Assembly (NCBI GenBank): GCA_965218295.1
Contig: CBDCKN010000009.1
Span: 96,001-160,000 of the forward strand
Length of the DNA stretch: 64,000 bases
Source: Longimicrobiales bacterium
GTDB lineage: Bacteria > Gemmatimonadota > Gemmatimonadetes > Longimicrobiales > Gaopeijiaceae
Reading direction: 5' to 3'
The notes under the pieces are model-generated. The model made no database searches and was not told the origin of the DNA. It saw nothing but the letters and a program-made list of their open reading frames with translations. The first letter of the stretch is position 1. Each line of letters starts with the position of its first letter. A program made the position numbers and the translations under genes. Positions 19,499 through 29,016 of this stretch are shown here, one piece after another.

Positions 19499-20041
19499 AT
19501 GGGTAAGACGGACGCCCCTGGGCACCTCGTGGTGGGGCACCTCAACAAGGCACACGGTACCAAGGGAGAGGTCTTCATCTGGCCGCTCACCGACCACCCC
19601 GAGAGCACGTTCGCTCCCGGGGTGGTTCTGTATCTGGGAGATGCCGAAGGCGTGCTGTCACCCGACCTGTCCACGTGCCGGATCGAGACAAGCCGCGCGT
19701 ACCGCTCTGGCTTCCTGGTCCGTTTCGAGGGAGTGTACGATCGGACCGGCGCGGAGGCTCTCTGTGACCGTTACGTATTGCGCGCCCTGGACGATGTCGG
19801 CGAGCTCGAGGAGGGTGAGGTCTTCTACCACGACCTGCTGGGCATGGAGGTGGTGACGGTGGATGGCGACAGCATCGGCGAGGTCTCGGAGGTCTATGAG
19901 CTCCGGCCCGCCGATCTCCTCGAGGTCAGGGGCCCCGAGAAGAGCATACTGATCCCGTATATCTCCCAGGTGGTTCATTCGGTGAGCGTGGATGAGAATC
20001 GCATCGTCCTCGATCCTCCCGACGGCCTGTTGGATGTCTGA
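19499..20041 (+). CDS. rimM: Ribosome maturation factor RimM
   Basis: VG...KAHG.KGEV, FY.HDLLGMEV and LIPY; operon position. Confidence 0.93.
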   Translation: MGKTDAPGHLVVGHLNKAHGTKGEVFIWPLTDHPESTFAPGVVLYLGDAEGVLSPDLSTCRIETSRAYRSGFLVRFEGVYDRTGAEALCDRYVLRALDDVGELEEGEVFYHDLLGMEVVTVDGDSIGEVSEVYELRPADLLEVRGPEKSILIPYISQVVHSVSVDENRIVLDPPDGLLDV

Positions 20042-20720
20042 CGTGACCGATCGAGAACCCCTGACGATCAACTTCGTCACGATCTTTCCCGACTTCTTCC
20101 GGGAGCCTCTGGCGACGAGCATTCCCGGACGGGCTGAGCAGGTCGGACTGGTGCGCTATCGCATCGTCGACCTGAGGGATTTCGCCCACGACCGGCACCG
20201 GACTGTGGACGACACTCCCTACGGCGGTGGGGCCGGCATGGTGATGAAGCCCGAGCCTTTCTTCGAGGCGGTGGACAATCTCGAGCCGGCCGGACCCGTT
20301 GTGCTTCTGTCCGCTCGCGGCAAGCTGTTCGAGCACTCGGACGCGGTCCGCTACTCAGTGCAGCCCGAGCTGACGCTCCTGTGCGGCCATTACAAGGACA
20401 TGGATCAGCGGGTGGCCGACCATCTGGCCACCGAAGAGATCTCCCTCGGCCGCTTCGTGCTGTCGGGTGGCGAGATCGGGGCTCTGGCCGTCACGGATGC
20501 CGTGGTGAGGCTCCTCCCGGGCGCCATGGGAGATCACGACTCGGCGTCGACGGACTCGTTCTATGATGAAGGACTGCTGAGCGCCCCGTCCTATACGCGG
20601 CCACCCGAGTACCGCGGGCACCGTGTCCCCGAGGTGCTGCGGACCGGGGATCATGCCAGGATCGAGGCCTGGCGCGAGGCGGAGGCGGCTCGCCTCTCCC
20701 GGGAGCGCGAGGAGGCGTAG
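20034..20720 (+). CDS. trmD: tRNA (guanine37-N1)-methyltransferase
   Basis: [32 protein letters not shown] and [17 protein letters not shown]. Confidence 0.95.
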   Translation: MSDVTDREPLTINFVTIFPDFFREPLATSIPGRAEQVGLVRYRIVDLRDFAHDRHRTVDDTPYGGGAGMVMKPEPFFEAVDNLEPAGPVVLLSARGKLFEHSDAVRYSVQPELTLLCGHYKDMDQRVADHLATEEISLGRFVLSGGEIGALAVTDAVVRLLPGAMGDHDSASTDSFYDEGLLSAPSYTRPPEYRGHRVPEVLRTGDHARIEAWREAEAARLSREREEA

Positions 20721-20836
20721 CGCGCCTCCGAAGCGGCCTCGGGAGCTTGTTCCCCCGACTCTTCACCCCCGCCCGGCCCTGCATTATTTTTAGGTCTGTG
20801 ACGAACGAGAAGTTCGCCCGGACCAAGAGGACCGAT

Positions 20837-21187
20837 ATGTCTGATCTGATACAAGAGCTCGAGAAGGAGGAGCTGCGGGACGACGATCCGGACTTCGCCC
20901 CCGGTGACACGGTTCGGGTGCTCTACAACGTCCGTGAAGGGGTCAAGGAGCGGATCCAGGTCTTCGAGGGCGTTTGTATCGGGCGCCGTGGCGCCGGTAC
21001 CGGAGCGACCTTCACGGTTCGGAAGATCTCCAGCGGTGTGGGTGTCGAGCGGGTGTTTCCCCTCCACGCTCCCACCGTCACGGGTATAGAGGTCGTCCGG
21101 CGCGGACGCGTACGCCGGGCCAAGCTCTACTACCTGAGAGGCCTGCGCGGCAAGGCAGCCCGGATCCGGGAGAAGCGGACCAACTAG
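20837..21187 (+). CDS. rplS: 50S ribosomal protein L19
   Basis: [26 protein letters not shown] and [12 protein letters not shown]. Confidence 0.97.
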   Translation: MSDLIQELEKEELRDDDPDFAPGDTVRVLYNVREGVKERIQVFEGVCIGRRGAGTGATFTVRKISSGVGVERVFPLHAPTVTGIEVVRRGRVRRAKLYYLRGLRGKAARIREKRTN

Positions 21188-21205
21188 TGTGGTGTCCACA
21201 CTAGC

Positions 21206-21862
21206 ATGAGCTCGCCGGCGAAGTCGCCGGACGATTCTGGAAGCGATCGGCTCCAGGACCCCCTCGACTACGAGAGGCGGTTCTGGAGCTGCGGTCTTTC
21301 CGGGGTGGCCGGGGTGGATGAGGTCGGGCGGGGCCCTCTTGCGGGACCCGTCGTGGCGGCCGCGGTGATCCTTCCCGAAGGGACCGTCATCGACGGGGCC
21401 ACGGACTCCAAGGAGCTCGACGCCGAGGCCCGGGAGGAGCTGGCTGATGTGATCCGTGATCGTGCTCAAGCGGTGGCCTTGGGCGCGGCCTCCGTCCGTG
21501 AGATCGATCGCGCGAACATCCTGGTGGCGACGGCGTGGGCCATGAACCGGGCTCTGCGCAGGCTACCCGTCAAACCCGATCATGTGGTCGTGGACGGCCT
21601 CCCCATGAAGTCGCTCCGCTGGAAGCACGACGCCGTGGTGGGCGGCGACGGACTAGTGCACTCGGTCTCGTGCGCCTCCATCGTGGCGAAGGTCTGCCGG
21701 GATTGCCTCATGACCAAGCTGGCGAAGCGTTATCCCGGCTATGGGTGGGACCACAACGTGGGCTATGCCACCCAGGAGCACCGCGACGCCCTGGATCGGC
21801 TGGGCTCCACGCCGCACCATCGCCAGAGCTTTCTGGGACTGCAGTACGGGCTGGAGCTGTGA
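21206..21862 (+). CDS. rnhB: Ribonuclease HII
   Basis: AGVDEVGRGPLAGPVVAAAVIL, DSK, ASIVAKV.RD and GY.T.EH. Confidence 0.95.
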   Translation: MSSPAKSPDDSGSDRLQDPLDYERRFWSCGLSGVAGVDEVGRGPLAGPVVAAAVILPEGTVIDGATDSKELDAEAREELADVIRDRAQAVALGAASVREIDRANILVATAWAMNRALRRLPVKPDHVVVDGLPMKSLRWKHDAVVGGDGLVHSVSCASIVAKVCRDCLMTKLAKRYPGYGWDHNVGYATQEHRDALDRLGSTPHHRQSFLGLQYGLEL

Positions 21863-22071
21863 TGGGGTGGCCTCCAGTGGAGGCCGACACCGTCTTCGTT
21901 GGATGGACCGAGGCTCCCAGGAGCTGGACCGGGGCGGCGCCGGAGGGGAAGATGTCGTCCTGGCTATCCCTTCCCGTTGATCCCTGTGGTGACCTTGACC
22001 AGGCCCTGTCAATTTGCCTTTACGACGACAGGCTACTTCGCCGCCAATTCTTCGCCCGCCATGATCTCCTT

Positions 22072-23665
22072 CTAGGGCGACGGGTCCACGTCAAGGGGTT
22101 CCGAGGAGGAGATCGGCTCAGGAGCATCCGTGAAGAGAGTCAGCGACCCCTCGCAGACGTCGTCGGCGTCCAAGATCTCGATTTCTACCTCCGGCAGGGA
22201 CGACGAGGAGAACCCGTCCAACCTTGTCACGGATAGGACCTCAAACGCCACCGTTCCCAGGTTGTCTCCCTTGAGACTCCCGTCCAGTGGGTCGTAGTTG
22301 ATGGAGACGTCGCCTTTGTAGACCACAGCGCAGACCCGCTGTCCCACCAACTGCTTGAGCCCCGTCGCCCGCAAGGGAGTGACGTCCGGAATCTTGTCCA
22401 GCAGGGCCTCTGGATCACCCCCAGAGCCCAAGCCTGGACCGGCATCGAGGTAATTGCGCAGGCCATCATCAGGTGTCGAACCCCAGGAGTCCGGGATCGT
22501 CTTTACCGCAAACCATCCCTCATCGCCGACTTCGCCCGTATGCAGGGTGATCGTCAGACCAACGTTAGCTCCAGCGAAGAAGGGGAGCGGGGTCCGCAAC
22601 CCGATGTCGGTCATGTCTTCGTTCACGTCCGCCTCGTCGAAGGAGTTCGGCGGGCTGCCCTTGCCGATGCTCTCCTCGTCGATGATCAGGAACGTGGACG
22701 CCGCGCTCGACGGGCAGGCCTCGAGCGTCACGGAGGTTGTTCCGGAAGCTCCGGCCGTGGGCAGTTCGACCACCGTGCCCGATAGGCCAGGATCTCCGCC
22801 ACCGACATCGAGGGTCGTCGGATCGAATATCCCGCAGCCGAATACCTTGATCCGGCCGCCGCCGCCGCCGCCACCACCGGTGCCAAACGTTACGAAGAAG
22901 GGAGGACCGCCAGGACCGTCCAGGCCCGATCCGGCCGCGCCACCCTTCGCCTCGATGACCCCAGTGACGTTGAGCGAGCCATCCAGCAAGATGCCTCCAC
23001 CGGATCCGCCGCCGCCGCCGCCACCGGGGGTGCCGTCAGCGCCGACCACTCCGGACGCTCTAATAGTTCCGCTCACGGCGATGGCGTTCGCGATGATCGT
23101 TATGGCCCCACCTCCGGCTCCGCCAACTCCAGGTCCGGACCTGGCGCTACCGCCAGCCGAGCCCATTCGGATGTCTTTCGAGACGGGGTCGCCATAGGGC
23201 ATCCCTCCATCTGCCACCTCCGCGAAGACCTTTCCGCCCTTGCCCCCGAGTCCTCCATACCCTCCGCCGCCGCCTCCCAGGCTGGTGAAAACCTCTGACG
23301 GGCCGTCGTCGCCGACACCGTCAAGGGCACCGCCAGCACCAGTGGCGTCTAACATACCCGCGATGATCACCTCATCAGCCTCAATAACCAAGGGAACGCC
23401 GGGATCGACGAAGACAGTTGCAGTGCTGGGAATTCGTGAACGTACGCACCCCGGTAAAGCTGCCGCTCAAGATATCACCATCCGTAGGCGTGAGGTCCAC
23501 CCCTCCCAGGTCGCCACCGGAGATTAGCGCTAGTAGCGGTGCCGTGATAGAGGGATGGTTTGCGTCAACCGTCCAATCGACGACGTCCGTAACGGTCTGC
23601 TCACACCCCAATACCGCTAGGGCGAGTACGATGGAAACGGCTTGAACCCGGTACTTCCGGGGCAT
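22072..23665 (-). pseudogene. Exported glycine-rich lipoprotein, frameshifted near 23433 (joins ORFs 23381-23665 and 22072-23391)
   Basis: GGAGG RBS; signal peptide with lipobox LAVLGC; removing one A after ...GVRTFT restores IPSTATVFVDPGVPLVIEADE... into the poly-Gly ORF. Confidence 0.7.
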
Positions 23666-23756
23666 TGATGCCTCCTGAAGAAGCCTGAGGTCTGCAATCT
23701 GTTTTCGTCGGCCGACCTACCCCGCCGACCTGGGGAGCGGAGGCATACTCCCCATT

Positions 23757-23786
23757 CTTAACGCTACCAACCTTAACGCTACCAAC
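23757..23786. repeat. Perfect 15-bp tandem duplication CTTAACGCTACCAAC x2
   Basis: Read directly, upstream of the glycine-rich lipoprotein gene. Confidence 0.9.
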
Positions 23787-24180
23787 GTTCTCTCGGCCCC
23801 GCAAGAATTTCTTTGCGGGCGTTCCCCGCCGGGCTACTCCCTTCGCAGGAGCCGCGTGAGGGACATCTGCCTCACGGACCGACACCCCGCGGAAACACTG
23901 GAATCTCCGTGCGATTTCTTCATTTCTTCTTGTCTGATGGTGTTCGGATACAAGAATCACGCCGCCTTGGCGCGGCAGTACCATTCCACGTGTGTTAAAC
24001 CGTTGCAGTGCAGTGGCTTGTGGGATCAGGGTGGGCCCGCGGCTCTCTGGACCCGGGGGTCGGCCTTTCCAGAAGTTTTTACCTAAGATCGGAAAAGTTT
24101 GTTCAACATTGCGGGGCATTAATGCGTTCTATGGGGAGCCCGCGACCCGGAATGCCGACGTAGCAGATACGCTGTGCCGT

Positions 24181-25431
24181 TCAGCGTTCGGCCAGCAGCC
24201 CGAAGACCTCGTCCACCTGCTCCCAGCCCACCCTCATGAGGAAGTCGCTCCGCCGTCCGTAGGACTTGATTCCGAGGATGAAGATCCCGGGCTCGGGGTG
24301 CACGAGGGTCTCGGCTCCCAGGCTTGTCTGATCCAGGCAGTCTCCGCTACCGCCGCTTTGGGCCAGGAGGGCGGCCGCGAGCTTCATGGGACCCTGCGTG
24401 GCATAGCACTCGTGCACCTGGAGCTGCCGGTACAGGAGGTGATCTCCGACCTTCCCCGTGAGCGCCAGGATACGGTCGACGTCGAAGCACTCCACCTGGC
24501 CGTCGAGGGACCGCAGCTTGGCGCCGACTCGGGGAGACCCGTCGGGCGTGGCAGTGTCGATCGCCTCTCTCGCGGCCCGAGCCTCCCGCACCTTCAAGGC
24601 GTCGACCACGACCCCGGTGCGAACCCGGAGGCACGTTGGGGGATGGGTGGCCAGCGCGGCCCCCTCCTCGAGAAGAGCGGCCCGCTCCTCCAGCGGATCG
24701 TCCACATCGGGCTCCGGGACTTCGTGTCGCACGGCCCAGACGACTTCGGTCCCGGGGTACTTTTCGGCCAGCTTCACGAGGTCCACGACGGCCGTGGTAG
24801 CGGAGTGTCCTGAGCCCACCACCAGCACCGTGCGTCCCGCCCAGTTCTCAGGGTCGCCCGACACGTCCGGTATCTCACGGCTGATGGCTTCCGACGCGTG
24901 CCCTTCACCCGGAGCGGGGATGCCCCCGTCGCCCAGAGCGTTGGGCTCGGTGTTGCCGGTGCAGTCGATCACCACGTCGGCCTCCTCGGTCCACTCCCGG
25001 CCGGAGTCGTCCCGGAGGAGGAGTCGGAAGGCGTGTCGGCCCCGCTCGCCGGTGCCGATCTCCTCATGCTTGAGCAGGCCGGTGCGGCCCAGGCGCTCTA
25101 CGCGAACCCCGTATTTGATGTGCCCCGAGAGGGCCGAGAGAGCGCTGACGGGATCGAGTACCTTCTCTACCAGCTCCGCTCCCGTAGGGTACTCGGTCCC
25201 TTCGGGGACAGACTCGCCGGCCTCGTCCAGCGCCTGGCGCATCCGGGCCGAGACGTTGAGGTCCCAGGAGGTGAAGAGCCGGACGTGGCCCCAGTCGCGA
25301 ACGTGGCCCGCCGCCTGCGCCGCCGCCTCGTAGACGGTGAAGGGGTATCGGGCGACGGCTGCGGCCAGGGCGGCCTCGAGGCCGATGGGACCGCTCCCCA
25401 GGATCGCTATCCGTGGCTTGGATGTGGTCAT
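24181..25431 (-). CDS. FAD-dependent oxidoreductase / flavin monooxygenase-like (resembles ars-cluster flavoproteins)
   Basis: IAILGSGPIG (FAD), WGHVRLF, VIDCTG, VVGSGHSA (NAD(P)H) and HPEPG.FILG.KSYGR...FL...GWEQV. Confidence 0.8.
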   Translation of the reverse strand: MTTSKPRIAILGSGPIGLEAALAAAVARYPFTVYEAAAQAAGHVRDWGHVRLFTSWDLNVSARMRQALDEAGESVPEGTEYPTGAELVEKVLDPVSALSALSGHIKYGVRVERLGRTGLLKHEEIGTGERGRHAFRLLLRDDSGREWTEEADVVIDCTGNTEPNALGDGGIPAPGEGHASEAISREIPDVSGDPENWAGRTVLVVGSGHSATTAVVDLVKLAEKYPGTEVVWAVRHEVPEPDVDDPLEERAALLEEGAALATHPPTCLRVRTGVVVDALKVREARAAREAIDTATPDGSPRVGAKLRSLDGQVECFDVDRILALTGKVGDHLLYRQLQVHECYATQGPMKLAAALLAQSGGSGDCLDQTSLGAETLVHPEPGIFILGIKSYGRRSDFLMRVGWEQVDEVFGLLAER

Positions 25432-25442
25432 GATCGTGGGTC

Positions 25443-26432
25443 CTAGAACCTCGAGGCCGCCCGCTCCTTGGCCGGTAGAATCTCGAGGCAGGTGGTCCAC
25501 CATCCGCTGAGGATCGTCTCGACGAACTCCTCCGGAAGCTCCTCTCGGCGCATCTCGGCTGCGAGGGACTCATGATCGTACCTGAGGGGGATCGGCTCGA
25601 CGCCGAGTCCGCCGCCTTTCGCCAAACCGCCGCCGTCCGGTGATCCACCGTTCTCCGCCGAAAGGATGGCGTACCAGACGTTGGTGCGCCCGTCGTTGGC
25701 CGGTCGTCCGATGACGCCCACGTTCACCACGTCCCGACCCGAAGGGAGGCGCCGGTGCCACTGAAGACCTGTGTGGGTGCAGAGAATCCCGTCGCAGCGG
25801 TTCTCGCCACACAATATCTCCAGGTAGGGCGTGGACGAGGTCGACGCGAAGAGGAACTCGTTGACCTGCCTTGGAGACCCGTGGACGAGGAGTAGCTCTG
25901 CCTCCCCGACCGCGACCCGGCGCCTGTTGGGGAGCTCCCCCATGTACGCTTTGAACTCGGGAGAGCAGCGACGCTCGGTGTAGCCGTACGAAAGGGCGGC
26001 GAAGTGGTTGTCCCGCGGGTCGGTGTATCCACAGTTGCAGTCCCCCCGGTCGGCGGCCAGGGACTGCTCGTAGTTCCCCTGGATGGACCGCACACCGCCT
26101 GATTCCAGGAGAGGCCAGATCGCTTCCGGGTTCGGCCCGAAGCCCCCGAGATCCCCGAGACAATACACGGCCTCGGCCCCACGTCGGCGGGCGTCCTCCA
26201 ATAGGGCTTCAAGGCCGAAGTGGTTGTTGTAGACCCCTCCGAAGACGGCGATCCGCCCGTATGGACCCTCCACGGGGGTCGCATCGTCGGCCGGGGTCAG
26301 GTACTCCTCCACGGCAGACCGACGGCCCTCCTCGGAGAGGGTCCGACCGAAGCGCGTGGTCGCGGCTCGGAAGTCCTCCAGGGGAACCAGACGCTCACCC
26401 CAGGTGGCCATTCCCTTCTGGGCGTTGGTCAT
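25443..26432 (-). CDS. Calcineurin-like metallophosphoesterase with altered metal motifs
   Basis: GGVYNN in place of DxH, CLGDLGG, GNYE, LVHGSP, THTG and VNVG; extra DCNCGY. Confidence 0.8.
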   Translation of the reverse strand: MTNAQKGMATWGERLVPLEDFRAATTRFGRTLSEEGRRSAVEEYLTPADDATPVEGPYGRIAVFGGVYNNHFGLEALLEDARRRGAEAVYCLGDLGGFGPNPEAIWPLLESGGVRSIQGNYEQSLAADRGDCNCGYTDPRDNHFAALSYGYTERRCSPEFKAYMGELPNRRRVAVGEAELLLVHGSPRQVNEFLFASTSSTPYLEILCGENRCDGILCTHTGLQWHRRLPSGRDVVNVGVIGRPANDGRTNVWYAILSAENGGSPDGGGLAKGGGLGVEPIPLRYDHESLAAEMRREELPEEFVETILSGWWTTCLEILPAKERAASRF

Positions 26433-27328
26433 GTCCGGCAGCTCACCCCGTAGACGTGGCAGGTCCAGCACGCCTGGTGGTCGAGGGGAAAGTCACCGAG
26501 GGTGTCGGCCAGGCGCTCCCCCATCCGACCCGAGGGCTCGTTTACCAGGATGGGGCATACCCAGACGCCCTGGTCGGTGACCATGCGACACGAGGAGCAC
26601 TGAAGGTGGCTCCACCCGTCCTCTGGAGTGTCCGCCGCCGAGAGCCTCTGCCAGCTCTCGTACGCGCCGGACCGCTCGGCCTCCGCTCCGAGGCGGAAGA
26701 CCGGCAGGACCTTGAGCCTGGGCCGTCTGATGCCTCGCCCGGCCAGGAGCTCCAGGAAGCGGGTGCGCCCCTGGTCGCTGGAGTTACCCTCGTGGACGTC
26801 GGTGACGGTGATAACCGGGTTGAGCCCGGCCTCCTCCGCGTTGAGGGCGCCCTCGAGAATCCGCTCGAACGTCCCCTCGCCCCGGATGGGATCGTTCGTC
26901 TCGGCGGTGTAGCCATCGAGGGAGATGCGGAGATCGAGGGAGTACTCGGAAGCGTCGGCCAACGCGGCCAGCCGACGGCAACGTTTCCCATCGAGGAGCA
27001 GGCCGTTGGTCAGGACCGTAGCGGGACCGACCTCGAGCGTCGCGGCGAGGATGGCCTCCATGTCACGGTTGATGAAGGGCTCTCCCCCCGTGAAGTAATA
27101 CTCCTTCACGCCCAACTCCACGGCCTCGTCGAGGTACGAGCGAACCGTCTCCAGGCTCAGGAGCTCGTGGGTGTGGTTCGTGGGGGAGCAGGAGATGAAA
27201 CAGTGGCTGCACGTGAGGTTGCAGAGGGTCCCGCCCACCTGGAACCACAGGGTGTCCAGAGACCGGAGGGCAACGGACGGGCTCACGGGGCCACCGGATT
27301 TAGCGTTAGCAGCAGTCGCCTGGCTCAC
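26429..27328 (-). CDS. Radical SAM protein with a Cys-rich C-terminal region
   Basis: CNLTCSHC, FTGGEPF, VLTNG and RISLDG; C-terminal CSSC, CPIL, CWTC and SC. Confidence 0.9.
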   Translation of the reverse strand: MSQATAANAKSGGPVSPSVALRSLDTLWFQVGGTLCNLTCSHCFISCSPTNHTHELLSLETVRSYLDEAVELGVKEYYFTGGEPFINRDMEAILAATLEVGPATVLTNGLLLDGKRCRRLAALADASEYSLDLRISLDGYTAETNDPIRGEGTFERILEGALNAEEAGLNPVITVTDVHEGNSSDQGRTRFLELLAGRGIRRPRLKVLPVFRLGAEAERSGAYESWQRLSAADTPEDGWSHLQCSSCRMVTDQGVWVCPILVNEPSGRMGERLADTLGDFPLDHQACWTCHVYGVSCRT

Positions 27329-28493
27329 AGCACGCCCCCTGAGGGTCCGTGGTCACGTCGTAGTCCATCCCCTTGGACTCCCTGGGATGCCGCGCCGTCG
27401 TGCGGGTGCAGTCGAAGGGCTCCGCCTCTTCCAACGGGATCTCGACCAACGGCTCGATGAAGTCGAAGTACTCCCTGTACGGCTCCCGGCCGTAGATGCG
27501 GAAGGTCTTGTCGCACACCGCGTATCGCTTCCCTCGTTCCATGCGGTGATCGTCGTCGTCGAGCACTTCCTTGAAGGGGCCCCGGTAGACCACCGCCGGC
27601 ATCCTCTCCCAGCAGGGGCCCTCCTTGCCCTTGAAGGCCTCGACGGTCACCGAGCGGAACTCGATTCCGTTCACCGTCTGCCAGGGCTCGGCCTGGCGCT
27701 CCCGGACGCGGATCCCGTAGAAGCCGACTTCTTCGAACGCCTCGAGGAATCCCTCCTCGGTGAGGGCCCCCGAGACACACCCGCTCCAGAGCTCCGCGTC
27801 CATCTGGAGCTCCTCAGGGACCGGCTCGTCGGAGGCGATGTCCGAGATGACCGCCCGTCCGCCCGTCCTCAGAACGCGGTGGATCTCCCTGAAGAGGTTC
27901 TGCTTCTGATCCGTCGCCACGAGGTTCAGGACGCAGTTCGAGACGACGACGTCGACCGACTCGTCGAGGACCAGGGGCTCCAGGAGCCGGAGGTCCGACA
28001 TCATCCGCTCGAGCTCGAGATAGTCCTCGGTGGTCGACACCGGATGCTCGCCCAGGCGCTCCTCCAGCCGCTCCAGATCGAGGGCGAGATCCTGGATGCG
28101 GCCCCGCCGGAACTCCACGTTGGCGTAGCCGATCCGCTCAGCGACGACAGGAGCGTTTCGACGGGCGACCTCCAGCATCTCGGGGGTCATGTCGACGCCG
28201 ATGACCTTGCCCGTCTGTCCCACCACCTGCGATGCGATGAAGCAGATCTTGCCTGTGCCGCTGCCCAGGTCGAGGACGGTCTCACCGGCCTTCAGATAGC
28301 GGCTGGGATCGCCGCAGCCGTAGTCCCGTTCGATGACCTCGTCCGGGATTGCCTCCAGGTACTTCGGATCGTAGTCCACGGGACAACAGAGGGCCGCGGC
28401 CTGGCCCTGTGCGGCGTCGGCGTAGCGATCCTGGACTGCGGTCTCCTGGGCGCCGGCGCTGGTCCTCTGCATCTGGCTGTCAGTCTCGATCAC
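27306..28493 (-). CDS. arsM: Arsenite S-adenosylmethionine methyltransferase-like protein
   Basis: LCC, YGCGDP, VLDLGSGTG, GVDMT..ML, VVSNCVLNL and WSGCVSGA match the ArsM/AS3MT Cys pattern; C-terminal CC...CC; GTG start behind GAGGAG. Confidence 0.75.
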   Translation of the reverse strand: MIETDSQMQRTSAGAQETAVQDRYADAAQGQAAALCCPVDYDPKYLEAIPDEVIERDYGCGDPSRYLKAGETVLDLGSGTGKICFIASQVVGQTGKVIGVDMTPEMLEVARRNAPVVAERIGYANVEFRRGRIQDLALDLERLEERLGEHPVSTTEDYLELERMMSDLRLLEPLVLDESVDVVVSNCVLNLVATDQKQNLFREIHRVLRTGGRAVISDIASDEPVPEELQMDAELWSGCVSGALTEEGFLEAFEEVGFYGIRVRERQAEPWQTVNGIEFRSVTVEAFKGKEGPCWERMPAVVYRGPFKEVLDDDDHRMERGKRYAVCDKTFRIYGREPYREYFDFIEPLVEIPLEEAEPFDCTRTTARHPRESKGMDYDVTTDPQGACCEPGDCC

Positions 28494-28747
28494 TGTGCTC
28501 TCCTCGTGGACGATGACGCCCGCCGGGTACTGAGCCCCTCGGGAGGATATGGGATACGCATTGGTAATGGAGGGATTGGAGTGGCTCCGCAACCGGGCTC
28601 TGGGTTCGGCGGTGAGCCCGGGAGCTTTGGCTACAGGCCGAATACACGAGAACGCCTGGAGGTTCACGCCACTCTGGAGCTCCGCATGTTCTGAGGAACG
28701 TGTCGCGGCCGTGGAGGTTCGCCTGGCTACCGGCTAGTTTACCGGCG

Positions 28748-28820
28748 GAGCCGGTAGCTCAGCTGGTAGAGCAACGGACTTTTAATTCGTAGGTCGCGGG
28801 TTCGAGACCCGCCCGGCTCA
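28748..28820 (+). tRNA. tRNA-Lys (anticodon TTT), CCA not encoded
   Basis: Acceptor GAGCCGG/CCGGCTC; D-arm TAGCTCAGCTGGTAGAGC; anticodon loop CTTTTAA; T-arm GCGGG-TTCGAGA-CCCGC. Confidence 0.95.
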
Positions 28821-29016
28821 CTGCGAATATGTTGTAACATAAGGGATTTTCTCTGATGAGCGCCCGCTTGCCCCCCGTACGCTGGCGGGAGCCCCCAAGT
28901 TGACTGGTTTGGCCCTGCCCCTCACGTTATCCCAACCCGTCAAAGGGCCTTTGTTTTTCCTTCTATGAGGCCAGCGGTCACCACCGCACGCTTCCCGCAC
29001 GCATTAACATATCTGC

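Noticed and set aside
18245..19856. Long alternative-frame ORFs over rpsP (Ser-rich, Leu/Gly-rich, Arg/Pro-rich)
   Set aside because: Stop-free shadows of the repeat in high-GC DNA
20380..20412. TrmD motif [10 protein letters not shown] instead of CGRYEGxDER as a sign of inactivation
   Set aside because: HYK-type variants are known to me from other lineages, and the rest of the gene and operon is intact
24181..28493. Selenocysteine read-through in the arsenic-type operon
   Set aside because: The TGA codons fall at natural C-termini (one forms an ATGA overlap), not at Cys-equivalent positions
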